In this document: in pieces, positions 1-9,746 of the stretch
Numbering within the stretch: position 1 is the first letter of the stretch
How the letters are laid out: each line of letters starts with the position of its first letter
Source of the DNA: Candidatus Hydrothermarchaeum profundi
Lineage (GTDB): Archaea > Hydrothermarchaeota > Hydrothermarchaeia > Hydrothermarchaeales > Hydrothermarchaeaceae
DNA length: 64,000 nt
Assembly: GCA_002011125.2 (NCBI GenBank)
Contig: MTMF02000009.1
Coordinates: 712,989 to 776,988 of the forward strand
Direction: 5' to 3'
Notes under the pieces: generated by a model
What the model saw: only the letters and a program-made list of their open reading frames with translations
What the model was told of the DNA's origin: nothing
The model's database searches: none
Translations under genes and position numbers: made by a program

Positions 1-2
1 AT

Positions 3-1034
3 GTTGGCGCTAGAATTCGTTCTTCTCCTGCGGTGGGCGATATTGACAAAGATGGCAATCCTGAAATCGCTATAGGTGGCGATAATAATCTATTTTATAC
101 GATAGCAATTGACAGAGATCTTGATAGAGATGGATTGTTCACTTCTGAAGAGGAGGCAATTGGAACTGACCCATATAACTATGATACAGATGGAGATGGA
201 TTGTTTGACGGTTTAGACAAATACCCCCTTGACTATGATAACGATGGCGTGCCTGATGCGGAGGACTTTCTCCCGACTATAAAAAGCGTATATGTTTATA
301 TAGGAATAGGAATAATCACTCTTCTTTTTATAAGTGCTTTATTAGCTGTGCGGAGAGTAGTTAGATGGAAGCTGTTAAAAGACCTTAAGAAAACTATCAG
401 ATACTTACCGGGTGATATCAAAAAGCATAAAGAAAGCATTTCTCGGATGCCTGAGAAGACTAAATTCTTGATAATATTATCTTTAGTTATTGGTGCGACG
501 GGTTTCATGGTTTTTAGTTTTAAGACCTACCTTTTCATAAATTATGATGAAAGATTTTGCTTAATAGGATGTCATCCCGCCACAAAAGTCATGCAGGAAC
601 CCTATTATCTTTGGCTGGAAAGTGTTCATGGAAAATATACTACTTGTCATGACTGTCATCATGCTAGTGTAACAGATAATATGATGCTCGTTTTTAAGAC
701 CATCCTAAAGAGGCCAATCGATATAGAAAAACACGCCCATATTGGAGTTGAAAAATGCTTGAAATGTCATGCAAGTGACGCTTTTCTAAAAAGAGAACAT
801 AACCCCCTTATATCTCCTTCAGTTATAGAGTTAAATAGCAGCGTTATCCCTCAGAGAAGCGGTCCGAGTATTGCTGGGCACGGGGTCCATGTTACAAGGG
901 AGAAAATACATTGTATTGAGTGTCATGCTAAGGAAGTTCACAGGTTTTTGCCTCAGAAGGAGATATGCGATAAGTGTCATTATGATCCTAGAGTTGGTCC
1001 TCCAAAAGAGTTTATAGGGGAGGGCGAGGAATGA
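3..1034 (+). CDS. 5'-truncated fusion: FG-GAP-like/Asp-rich Ca-binding repeats + 2 TM + NapC/NirT(NrfH)-like pentaheme cytochrome c
   Basis: Frame is open from the window edge (VGARIRSSPAVGDIDKDGNPEIAIG); DxDxDG repeats; two hydrophobic helices; motifs CLIGCH, CHDCH, CLKCH, CIECH, CDKCH. Confidence 0.8.
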   Translation, partial: VGARIRSSPAVGDIDKDGNPEIAIGGDNNLFYTIAIDRDLDRDGLFTSEEEAIGTDPYNYDTDGDGLFDGLDKYPLDYDNDGVPDAEDFLPTIKSVYVYIGIGIITLLFISALLAVRRVVRWKLLKDLKKTIRYLPGDIKKHKESISRMPEKTKFLIILSLVIGATGFMVFSFKTYLFINYDERFCLIGCHPATKVMQEPYYLWLESVHGKYTTCHDCHHASVTDNMMLVFKTILKRPIDIEKHAHIGVEKCLKCHASDAFLKREHNPLISPSVIELNSSVIPQRSGPSIAGHGVHVTREKIHCIECHAKEVHRFLPQKEICDKCHYDPRVGPPKEFIGEGEE

Positions 1035-1441
1035 AGGGTATTAAATATTTCTACATATCTGTAATATTCGCTACTTATTCAATGATTCTTTTTAATGGCT
1101 TTTACTATCTCTTACTATGGAATTTTGATATCTTCATAAAAGTCGCTGATGATGTCCTTATAAAGGGCTTTCTAATAGGCTTTACTGGTGCATTAGCCTG
1201 TGATAAGTTGGATGTTGCAGGTTTCATTCCTTTCGGCTGGTTCGGCGCCTTAGCTGGGCTGCAATTAGCCGACTTTATATTTATGCTTGTAACTCCCTAT
1301 GGGTCTTATTGGGAAGAAGGTGTTAATTATGTGCTTGAAATCAATTTGCATATGGCGCTTGGACTGGTCGTAGGCACGGTAATATATTATGTGCTTGTAA
1401 ATCTAACGAAGATTCGACGTTTAATGGAGGTAATAAAATGA
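1031..1441 (+). CDS. Hypothetical integral membrane protein (~4 TM)
   Basis: Hydrophobic ORF, ATGA overlap with upstream gene. Confidence 0.7.
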   Translation: MKGIKYFYISVIFATYSMILFNGFYYLLLWNFDIFIKVADDVLIKGFLIGFTGALACDKLDVAGFIPFGWFGALAGLQLADFIFMLVTPYGSYWEEGVNYVLEINLHMALGLVVGTVIYYVLVNLTKIRRLMEVIK

Positions 1442-2337
1442 TGAAAAAAGTAATCGTAATCTTAATGCTGTTAGCAGTAGCAGGAGTGTCTAGTGGATTA
1501 GAAGGAGAGCCGAGGTATGCTCCATCTTCATATGAGCTCACAGAGAGAGCTTTAAGTTTTGATGAAATCACATTCAAAGCGTTAGTAGACTGGCAAGTGG
1601 TGAAGTTTGAGGTTTTAACAGAGGATGATCTTAAAAACTTAGACTTTTTAGGCAAGGTAGGTGATGAAGGCAAGGGGTTAGTATATGGGGAAATAGTGGA
1701 GTATGAGAAAAATGCAAGAGGCCTTACGGTTGTTGTTTTGGAGTTTAAGAATGAGATTGTTAGCAAAAAAGTTTTTGCTAGTGCGCTAAAATGGGCAAAG
1801 GCGAGAGGGGTAGTGGATTCACCGGAATTTGGGGATGAAGGATATGCTACTGGAGAGAAAAGCACTTTGCCTTATATCAACTGCTATCGTATGGGAAGGT
1901 TTATGGTCTTTGTTAAAGAAAGCGGGGCTTCCTTATACGAAGTGAAAATGATGGCTAGAAAAATCATGAAAGAGTTGATCCCATTATATGAGAAGGAGAT
2001 TTTGAGGATTGGTCCGTTTAAGATAACGTCGTATCAGTTTTATCCCTATATCCTAGCGGATAGTGGTGGAATACGTATATGGGGCCTAGATTTATATGTA
2101 AATAAAAATGTGCTTATAGGTATTATTGTAGGCGTTGTGTTGCTCGTTTTTTTAACTTTTATAGTGTTATCGATATTTATAATTAGAAGGGTAGGGAAAA
2201 AAAGAGCCATTGTGCCAGGAGGGGTTGCAGTGTTTTCAAGGAACAAGAAGGTGAAGGTCTACGAACATCTTAAAGATCCTCTATATTTGGAAGAGGGGAT
2301 ATACTATAAATTGAAGAGGATTTTCTCAAGGAAGTAG
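1438..2337 (+). CDS. Hypothetical secreted protein with C-terminal membrane anchor
   Basis: Signal peptide MMKKVIVILMLLAVAG, GGAGG RBS, C-terminal TM followed by basic tail. Confidence 0.7.
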   Translation: MMKKVIVILMLLAVAGVSSGLEGEPRYAPSSYELTERALSFDEITFKALVDWQVVKFEVLTEDDLKNLDFLGKVGDEGKGLVYGEIVEYEKNARGLTVVVLEFKNEIVSKKVFASALKWAKARGVVDSPEFGDEGYATGEKSTLPYINCYRMGRFMVFVKESGASLYEVKMMARKIMKELIPLYEKEILRIGPFKITSYQFYPYILADSGGIRIWGLDLYVNKNVLIGIIVGVVLLVFLTFIVLSIFIIRRVGKKRAIVPGGVAVFSRNKKVKVYEHLKDPLYLEEGIYYKLKRIFSRK

Positions 2338-2934
2338 ATATGCGTAGTACACGAGAATATCAAAAATAGATGCTCCAATCCAGTGTGTTAAGGTAGAGGG
2401 TAGTATAGATCTTGTTTTTAAAGCGAGATATCCAAAGACTAATCCCGCAAAAAAAGAGTAGGGGATCTCAGGCCAGGGCTTACCTAAATGAATAAAGACA
2501 TAAAGTATAGAGTGGAGTAATATCGCCATTTTTCCGCCGATTTCCTTTTCTAAGCTGAAAAGTAGAAAACCTCTAAAAAAGAATTCAACATTGAAGATTA
2601 TGGCGAAAAGTACTATCCCTTCATAGAAGATAAAATTTTCAATACTTGAGATGTCCCAATAAGGGTAATAAAGCTGAAAACTCTTAAAGGTCGAAGCATA
2701 AACCATAATCGGAGATGCTAGGATAATTAATCCAATAGAATATTTTAACGATTCCTTTGAATTAAACTTTAAACCAACATTTTCTTTTTTAATACCCACA
2801 AAGTGCATGTAACCAAGAGGGAGTAATGTGAGCAAAACTATGTCCTTGAGTACTTCCAGCCATAGAATATGAAATTTAATTGCAAAATCAACAGATAATA
2901 AACCTAAAGCTAGAAAGATGGACGATTTTTTCAT
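2326..2934 (-). CDS. CPBP/Abi family intramembrane glutamic endopeptidase
   Basis: EFFFRG, 'IHLGKP..E', 'SILPSTLTHW' motifs; multi-TM. Confidence 0.85.
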   Translation of the reverse strand: MKKSSIFLALGLLSVDFAIKFHILWLEVLKDIVLLTLLPLGYMHFVGIKKENVGLKFNSKESLKYSIGLIILASPIMVYASTFKSFQLYYPYWDISSIENFIFYEGIVLFAIIFNVEFFFRGFLLFSLEKEIGGKMAILLHSILYVFIHLGKPWPEIPYSFFAGLVFGYLALKTRSILPSTLTHWIGASIFDILVYYAYLLP

Positions 2935-2972
2935 TTGCTAACTTCTTGCTTTTTTTTATTTGTTAATAATAT

Positions 2973-3686
2973 TTGTTTGGATGCATGATCGAGATTATCC
3001 ATCTCACCAAGAAATTTGGGGACTTGGTTGCAGTAGACGATCTTAATCTCAAAGTCAACAAAGGAGAGCTTTTTGGGATAATAGGGCCTAATGGCGCAGG
3101 TAAAACTACTGTTGTAAGAATCCTCTGTGGAGCATTACGACCTACGTCTGGTACAATCAGGGTAATGGGATATGATGTAGTTGAGGAGCCAATAAAGGTT
3201 AAAAGACACATAGGCTATCTCGCAGAGGAGCCTAACTTATATGAGAGAATGACTCCATTTAAATTGCTCAAGTTCTTTGGAGAATTATATGGTATGAATA
3301 GTTTTGAAAGAATAGAGGAACTGCTTGATATGGTGGGCTTATTGGATAGAGCTCACTCAAAAATCTCCACTTTTTCGAAAGGAATGCGGGAAAGACTAGC
3401 AATTGCACGAGCTCTACTCCACGATCCTGAGATCCTGGTTCTAGATGAGCCAACGATGGGGCTTGATCCAGGCACAGCAAGGACGATAAGGGAATTTATC
3501 GCTGGACAAAAAAAGCATAAAACTATTTTGATGTGCACTCATTACCTAGAAGAAGCAGAGATACTTTGTGATAGGATAGGGATCATGAATAATGGTAGGC
3601 TAGTTGCACTTGGAACTCCAAAAGAGCTGAAAGAAAAAATAGGCACGAATACACTAGAGGATGTCTTTGTACATTTTGTAAGATGA
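2973..3686 (+). CDS. ABC transporter ATP-binding protein (ABC-2/DrrA-like); no permease adjacent
   Basis: Walker A GPNGAGKT, signature FSKGM, Walker B LVLDEP, H-loop. Confidence 0.95.
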   Translation: MFGCMIEIIHLTKKFGDLVAVDDLNLKVNKGELFGIIGPNGAGKTTVVRILCGALRPTSGTIRVMGYDVVEEPIKVKRHIGYLAEEPNLYERMTPFKLLKFFGELYGMNSFERIEELLDMVGLLDRAHSKISTFSKGMRERLAIARALLHDPEILVLDEPTMGLDPGTARTIREFIAGQKKHKTILMCTHYLEEAEILCDRIGIMNNGRLVALGTPKELKEKIGTNTLEDVFVHFVR

Positions 3687-3689
3687 AAA

Positions 3690-3956
3690 TCAGGTGGGAT
3701 AGTAATAATTCACTCCATTTATCCTTTCTCTAGCGAGGTACTTATACAGCATATAGTGATAGATGAACATGTTTATATTTCCCTCATCGGCATCGTAGCC
3801 CTTACTTCTTAACCTGCGGGTGATATCCTTGCACTTTAGTTTCTCACCTTTTCTCATCACACTAAGAATTGCTTTAACCTTGTTGGCTGTATTACCAAAC
3901 TTTCTCAATTCTTTCACCCCTTGCTTGGTTTTACAGCCTTGAGTAGTTGCGATCAC
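3690..3956 (-). CDS. Small basic putative winged-helix protein
   Basis: 88 aa, helical pattern ending in a beta-wing-like 'RERINGVNYYY'; start uncertain. Confidence 0.5.
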   Translation of the reverse strand: MIATTQGCKTKQGVKELRKFGNTANKVKAILSVMRKGEKLKCKDITRRLRSKGYDADEGNINMFIYHYMLYKYLARERINGVNYYYPT

Positions 3957-4283
3957 GGGTATATATGGTCTAATATCTCATATTTATATATTTCCGAGAA
4001 ATTATTTACGCTAAAGTATTAAAAAAGTCTTATATATAACTATTTTAGTTTTTCAAAGTTTAATTATGTTCATTTTTTTAAATTGCTTTAATTTTTCCTA
4101 GTTATATATTTTAAGATATTAAAAATCAATAATTTAAGTATTTAATTGTTTCTATTTGTTTCATAGTTGTCTAATTTTCTTTTTATTATTAATTTAATGC
4201 TTATTTTCGAATTAACAGTAAATTTAGTATTATATAAAAATTTATGGAAAAATTTATTATACTGCCTTTTTAAAGCATTTGTA

Positions 4284-4892
4284 ATGATAACTTGGTTGTT
4301 AATAATCATAAATGTTGTTGTATATTTAGTAGTTGCTTACTTAAGTGGCGATTTATTAGAGATAAATGATATATACATTCGGGAGTTGGGTATCTCAAAA
4401 ATCTCCTTGTTACAGGGTAATTACTGGCAGATTTTAACTTCTATATTTATACATTTTAATCTTCCTCATCTAGGTTACAATATGATTTTTCTGATGATTT
4501 TTGGGCTGCGTGGCGAAGAGATTTATGGTAAAAAATTTTTATTGATATACTTCGGTTCTGGATTTTTCGCTGAACTGGTTTCTTTCATATACCCCCCTGC
4601 AACAATATCGGGTGGTGCATCTGGTGCTATTTTTGGCATATTAGGGGCTAATCTTATTGCTCTGAGAAATCTGTATTCTAAAGGTATATGGACTTCAGTA
4701 GTTTATGGTTTAGTGTTTTTTATATTAGCGATGTCTGAGTCTACCGGATTCCTTGCTCACCTCGCTGGGCTAATTTTTGGATTTACCGTAGGTTACTGGA
4801 TTACTCGTGATTGGTATGAAGCTGAAGAGGATGTTTCATTAGATAAAGAAGCTCTTGAAGCTCTTGAGAGAGAAATGCTTAAAGGTCTCTGA
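4284..4892 (+). CDS. Rhomboid family intramembrane serine protease
   Basis: HLGYNM, GASG, AHLAG motifs; start moved to ATG 4284 because 4167-4283 reads as AT-rich intergenic DNA. Confidence 0.9.
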   Translation: MITWLLIIINVVVYLVVAYLSGDLLEINDIYIRELGISKISLLQGNYWQILTSIFIHFNLPHLGYNMIFLMIFGLRGEEIYGKKFLLIYFGSGFFAELVSFIYPPATISGGASGAIFGILGANLIALRNLYSKGIWTSVVYGLVFFILAMSESTGFLAHLAGLIFGFTVGYWITRDWYEAEEDVSLDKEALEALEREMLKGL

Positions 4893-5748
4893 GCCATATC
4901 TTATATTTGCCCAGCTTTCCTCCATAATTTCCGGCTGAAATTTTTACTACTCCATCAACATCTCTAACACTATTAAGAGCTGCTCGCATTGCATTTTTTA
5001 CAGAGCTTAAGTCTAGACCATTTATAACAATCTCGGGTATAGAAGAAACTCCTTCAGGTACCTTAGAATCCTCTATTTTATCCCTTAATGAAGGACAAAA
5101 AGGATGATTTGTAGTGGGTCCTATCTCCGGAAACTTGGTTTCTACTTTAGACCCCGCGCTACAGACACCAAAAGGTGTAATTGCTCCGTCTACCTCACTA
5201 ACAGCTTTTAATGCTTTTTCACCCGCTTCTAGTGCCGTTTCCTCATCTTTACAGAAAAACCAGAGGTTGCCTCCCATAATTCCTTTCCCATATCCGATAT
5301 ATCGTTCTATGAGGAAGTCTCCCATCATTAATGGAATACTGATAAGCTTTCTCCTAAAAAGCTCTACTTCCTCCTCATATCCGTCTCCGCAATGTCCTAC
5401 TCTCCGCATCATATCTAATTTAGTCTTACTATCAAGCGCGTTGAAAACTCTAGTTGTTGGCACCACTAAAATTCCCTGTCTAATTCTAATTGAATACTCG
5501 TATTCGAATTTATCTAAACCATCGGTATAATTTCCCCACACTTGTATTATTGCTCCTACTCTTCCGTCAGGGGTTCTTTCTTTTTTTAGTATTTTTTCTA
5601 TTCCTCCCTCAGTTCTTCCAATAACTGTAGAAGGTAGACAGGTAGAACCATGAGCGGCTCTGTGAAGATATTTCTCGTTTTTTGCGGTTATTATTATTCT
5701 CGAGAAATAGCCATCAAAGGCCTCACAGAAAGTGTCTTCTATTTCCAT
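4879..5748 (-). CDS. ftr: Formylmethanofuran:tetrahydromethanopterin N-formyltransferase
   Basis: EIEDTFCEAF N-terminus, TPDGRVG, GGNL, SAGSKV, TTNHPFCP, ISAGNYGGKLG motifs. Confidence 0.92.
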   Translation of the reverse strand: MEIEDTFCEAFDGYFSRIIITAKNEKYLHRAAHGSTCLPSTVIGRTEGGIEKILKKERTPDGRVGAIIQVWGNYTDGLDKFEYEYSIRIRQGILVVPTTRVFNALDSKTKLDMMRRVGHCGDGYEEEVELFRRKLISIPLMMGDFLIERYIGYGKGIMGGNLWFFCKDEETALEAGEKALKAVSEVDGAITPFGVCSAGSKVETKFPEIGPTTNHPFCPSLRDKIEDSKVPEGVSSIPEIVINGLDLSSVKNAMRAALNSVRDVDGVVKISAGNYGGKLGKYKIWLRDL

Positions 5749-5755
5749 ATCCCAC

Positions 5756-6412
5756 TCAACTTGATGAAGATTTTTTATATGCCTCGATTACCTTCTCAAG
5801 GAATTCTGTTTCTGGCACGGCTCCTAAGATTTCAATGTTTTCGTTTATTATTGTCTTGGGAGTAGCTGTAACTTGGTATTTGAGTGCCTGATCAGGAAAT
5901 TCTTGAGCTTCAATCGCTTCGCCCTTTATATATTCGTTTTCAATTGCAAATTGGTGAGCAATCCGAACTGCCGAAGGGCAGTAGGGGCATGTGGGAAGTA
6001 CAAAGACTTTTATATTTATGGGTTTATCTATTGCTTTCAGCTTTTCTTTTATATCCCGGGCTAGTGTACTTTCCCCTCTGGAAACATCTAAGAGGGCTTC
6101 AAGGAAGGCAGCGTATTCAAAGCCGGCAGGTATTCCGTAGAATCTGATGCCATAATCCTTTGAACTCACTGGTACTATAGCAGGGATTCTTTCTATTCCG
6201 TATTTTTTCACTTTGTCGCCGTCTTTTTGGAAATCATAAATTTCCATATCCAATTTCTCAGAGAGGTTGCTTGTCTCCATAAGTATGTTTCTTGTTTCAC
6301 TACATGTTGGGCATTCAAATTCTTGAGTAAAAAACAGGATCTTTATATCTCTGTCTAAGTTTTCCAGTTTTTCCTTTATCTTTTTTTTATCTTCATCAGA
6401 TAGAAGTCCCAT
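5756..6412 (-). CDS. Protein disulfide oxidoreductase (two thioredoxin folds, PDO/AhpF-NTD type)
   Basis: CPTC and CPYC motifs, 'IRFYGIPAGFEY'. Confidence 0.92.
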   Translation of the reverse strand: MGLLSDEDKKKIKEKLENLDRDIKILFFTQEFECPTCSETRNILMETSNLSEKLDMEIYDFQKDGDKVKKYGIERIPAIVPVSSKDYGIRFYGIPAGFEYAAFLEALLDVSRGESTLARDIKEKLKAIDKPINIKVFVLPTCPYCPSAVRIAHQFAIENEYIKGEAIEAQEFPDQALKYQVTATPKTIINENIEILGAVPETEFLEKVIEAYKKSSSS

Positions 6413-6512
6413 TAAAATTACCTAAATTAGATTTTGGCGTTAATCCGTTTTATAATTTTTTAAAGCTAATCCCTTTTACTTTTAAATTAGAAAGTGGTCT
6501 CCAAAAACGGAG

Positions 6513-7904
6513 TTATTTTTTAGACTTTATTAGGAGCCAATTCTTTTCCCCAGCTTTTTTAAACCTTAGAAGTACGTATAAACCTCGCATTTTACTGCCT
6601 TTAACATTGAATTCTATCTTATTTTCTTTCCAACTTAATTCTTCATAGCTTCCCTTATCCCATATCTTCACTATGCCAGCACCATACTCATCTTCAGGTA
6701 TTAAGCCTTCGAAATTACTATACTCTATTGGATGATCCTCGGTCTCTATGGCAAGCCTCTTATCTCCAGTCTCCAAAGGCGGCCCTTTAGGTATAGCCCA
6801 GCTTTTAAGAACACCGTCTTTCTCTAACCTAAGATCATAGTGTAATCTGCGTGCATGATGTTCATGTACTACAAAATATTTATTATGCTGTTTTCTCGAC
6901 TCGCCTACGGGCTCAGAGGTTTTATTGAATTTACTCTTAGAGCGGTATTCTTGTAGTGTATCTGGTTTTATCTGATCTAAAGTACATTCTCTCGGCATCT
7001 TATCCAATCTGAGTCTAATGAATCTTGGCATTCGTAGCTTGCCTTCCCTAGTAATTGACTGATATCCCACTTCACAGACGAGTTCTGGTTTTAGCCAGGT
7101 AATATCCTCAGGGAGATCAGCTCCGCTGAGTATTCCTTCTTTAACCTGCAACTCTTCAAAAACTTTTATCAACTTTCTCATTTCCGCTTCTGAGAAACCG
7201 GTTCCAACTTTCCCTACGTATAAGGGCGTGGCGTGGCTATAGAGACCTAGAATTAGTGCGCCAAAAGTTTCTCGCCTACTCTTTTTCCCTTTGGTGTATC
7301 CGAAGATTACACAGTCGCAGGTTTTAATTTTCTTTATTTTAAGCCAGTCACTACTCCTTCTCCCCGGTTTATATGAACTCTGCTTCTTCTTCGCGATTAT
7401 ACCCTCCATGCCTCTTTTTATAGCTGCTTCGTAATATGCCTCACCTATCTCTTCTACATATATCGACAATACAACATATTTTCCTTCCTTAACGAACTCT
7501 TCCAACATCTTCTTTCGCTCGGTAAGAGGTAAGTCGAGCAGGGGCTCTCCTTCTTTTTCCAAAATATCGAATATCACATAGGTTGCAGGGAATTTTTTAG
7601 AGAGGAGTTTAATGGTCTTTGCTGAGTTAGTCTGGGCTCTTTCTATGAGTCTTTGAAAGTCGATTTGTCCTTCAGTCAGTACAATTATCTCCCCATCGAG
7701 CACTATATCCTTCGCGAGTTTTTTCAACTCAGCTAATTCAGGGAAATTGTACTTTAGTTCGCGTTGTGTCCTGCTTCGTATGCTAAATTCTTCATTGATG
7801 TAGCTTATGGCTCTAATCCCATCCCACTTTATTTCAAAGATCCAGTCTTTAGAGGAAAAAGGAGCTTCTGCAGATTGAGCCAGCATAGGCTTATAGTATC
7901 TCAT
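6513..7904 (-). CDS. ligD: NHEJ ATP-dependent DNA ligase fused to C-terminal LigD 3'-phosphoesterase (PE) domain
   Basis: KWDG adenylation motif, EGIIAK, VGKVGTG; PE motifs HHARRLHYDLRLE, SWAIPKGP, TEDHP, YGAG. Confidence 0.93.
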   Translation of the reverse strand: MRYYKPMLAQSAEAPFSSKDWIFEIKWDGIRAISYINEEFSIRSRTQRELKYNFPELAELKKLAKDIVLDGEIIVLTEGQIDFQRLIERAQTNSAKTIKLLSKKFPATYVIFDILEKEGEPLLDLPLTERKKMLEEFVKEGKYVVLSIYVEEIGEAYYEAAIKRGMEGIIAKKKQSSYKPGRRSSDWLKIKKIKTCDCVIFGYTKGKKSRRETFGALILGLYSHATPLYVGKVGTGFSEAEMRKLIKVFEELQVKEGILSGADLPEDITWLKPELVCEVGYQSITREGKLRMPRFIRLRLDKMPRECTLDQIKPDTLQEYRSKSKFNKTSEPVGESRKQHNKYFVVHEHHARRLHYDLRLEKDGVLKSWAIPKGPPLETGDKRLAIETEDHPIEYSNFEGLIPEDEYGAGIVKIWDKGSYEELSWKENKIEFNVKGSKMRGLYVLLRFKKAGEKNWLLIKSKK

Positions 7905-8701
7905 TTTTTCTCAAGCTGTTTTATGGTTTCCTTAAGTGCTACCATAAGCTCTTTAACTTCCTCTTTCTTAGGCTTCTCTACTACCACCTTCTCGCCCTTC
8001 ATTTTCTTTTCTATAAGCTCCTCAATTTTTTCCTTAAAGGAGTCTTTATATCCTGTAATATCGAACTCACCGGAAAGATTTTCAATTATCTTTATAGCTA
8101 AATCAACCTCTTCGGGGTTAGGTTCCTTTAGCTCTTTTAGCTCTTCTATACCCCTTGGGTCGACGACTTCGTATGGGTATCTTAGGGTTGTAAGTATGAG
8201 TGCTCCTTTATACTCATACACAAGTGCAGGATATTCCTTTGTTCTCAAAGTTATCTTCCCCACTCCAGCTTTTCCAAGTCTTTGAAGAGCTGTAAGTAGA
8301 AGACTATAAGCCTCTTCATTCTTATCTGGTGCTAGAATATAGGACTTATCAAAGTATACCGGATCTACAGATAGAAAATCGATGAACTTGTCTATATGTA
8401 TCTTCTTATCAGATTCGGGCTTTATAGCCTCGAGTTCGTCCTTTTCAAAAACAACGAATTCATTTTTTCCTACTTCATATCCCTTCACTATTTCACTCCA
8501 GCTGACTTCCTTCTCATCTTTTGAGCATATTCTCTTATATTTCAATGGATGTCCATTTTCTTTGTGAAGGAGTTTGAATGAAAATGCGTGTTCTTTTATC
8601 ATAGGATAAAGCTTCACAGGGACATTAACTAGACCAATGCTAATATTTCCGCTCCAAATAGCTTTTCTAGGCGTCGGGGTCTTTTCTTCCTCTCTGCCCA
8701 T
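7901..8701 (-). CDS. ku: Ku protein (NHEJ end-binding)
   Basis: AIWSGNISIGLVNVPVKLY, IVKGYE, DPVYFDKSYIL motifs. Confidence 0.95.
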   Translation of the reverse strand: MGREEEKTPTPRKAIWSGNISIGLVNVPVKLYPMIKEHAFSFKLLHKENGHPLKYKRICSKDEKEVSWSEIVKGYEVGKNEFVVFEKDELEAIKPESDKKIHIDKFIDFLSVDPVYFDKSYILAPDKNEEAYSLLLTALQRLGKAGVGKITLRTKEYPALVYEYKGALILTTLRYPYEVVDPRGIEELKELKEPNPEEVDLAIKIIENLSGEFDITGYKDSFKEKIEELIEKKMKGEKVVVEKPKKEEVKELMVALKETIKQLEKK

Positions 8702-9562
8702 TTAATTGACCTCCAATTTTTGATTCTCCTTTAATATCCCCTCCCAGGGATCTTTTTTTCTTTTAGGGACATTAAATATATTTAACTTTTCAGGTCTTAA
8801 TGTTTTCTTTAGCTCCTTCCATTCTAGTGGAGTTGAAACAGGAGCGTATTTTGTTGCTCTTAAGCTATAAGGGCATATCATCGTCTTTCCAAGCGAGTTC
8901 TGTAAGTAATCTATGAAAACCTTTCCCGGGTCCTTGGATTGTTTAAGTTCTGATACTACGAGGTCTGATTTTTTGGCGAGATATCTCCCTATACTGTAGG
9001 CAAATACTCTCGTCTGTTTAAAAGTATACTTTGGATAGACTGGTATGACTACGTGAAGTCCTTTCTTTCCAGAGGTCTTTACATAAGACTTCAGTCCTAT
9101 GTCTTCTAGAACCTCCCTGAGTAGGAGAGCTACCTCGACTGCATTAGCGAAATCCGCTGGTGGCTCCGGATCTAAATCAAACAATACCAACTCTGGGTTT
9201 TCATAAGAATAGATTCGTGATAACATCACGTTTATTTCGATAGCTGCAATATTTGCAAGCCAGAGTAAAGCGTCGAGGCTGTTACAAACAATATAATTTA
9301 TAGTCTTCTTAGTCGTTTTAGAATACCTAGGGAAAGTCTGGATCCATGAAGGCTTTTCCTTCGGGGCGTCTTTTTCATAAAACCCTTCTTCTTGGATTCC
9401 ATCTGGAAATCTTTTAGTTACAACTGCCCTATCCTGCAGATAATTTAACATCCTAGGAGCTATCTTAATATAATATTCAATAATTTGAGACTTTTTTATT
9501 CCATTGTCTGGATAGAGTATCTTATCGAGGTTGGTGAATTCTACTCTCGTGAGTTCGCCCAT
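8702..9562 (-). CDS. ligD: Stand-alone LigD primase-polymerase (POL) domain
   Basis: TNLDKILYP, RFPDGI, FYEK, FDLDP, KTSGKKGLH, IDYLQN, PYSLR, VSTPLEW. Confidence 0.93.
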   Translation of the reverse strand: MGELTRVEFTNLDKILYPDNGIKKSQIIEYYIKIAPRMLNYLQDRAVVTKRFPDGIQEEGFYEKDAPKEKPSWIQTFPRYSKTTKKTINYIVCNSLDALLWLANIAAIEINVMLSRIYSYENPELVLFDLDPEPPADFANAVEVALLLREVLEDIGLKSYVKTSGKKGLHVVIPVYPKYTFKQTRVFAYSIGRYLAKKSDLVVSELKQSKDPGKVFIDYLQNSLGKTMICPYSLRATKYAPVSTPLEWKELKKTLRPEKLNIFNVPKRKKDPWEGILKENQKLEVN

Positions 9563-9683
9563 TATTTAACTTTATAGAACTCCATGAGATTTAATTTCTT
9601 TTTCCGGACATATCCTGCGCTTTGTGCTTACAGTTATAAGTTCAATACTAGCGAGTTTCCATGAGATACCTATAACTTTGAAA

Positions 9684-9717
9684 TATCGTTATTCTTTCTC
9701 TTAATTATCGTTATTCT
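9684..9717. promoter_or_regulatory. Direct repeat TATCGTTATTCT x2 (22-bp period), candidate operator
   Basis: Exact 12-mers at 9684-9695 and 9706-9717 in the divergent intergenic region between the NHEJ operon and the cytochrome gene. Confidence 0.4.
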
Positions 9718-9746
9718 CATATTCCCCAGAAACTTATAAGGAATAA

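Noticed and set aside
4167-4283. N-terminal extension of the rhomboid ORF
   Set aside because: Very AT-rich, promoter-like DNA with a TTG start; family similarity begins at ATG 4284
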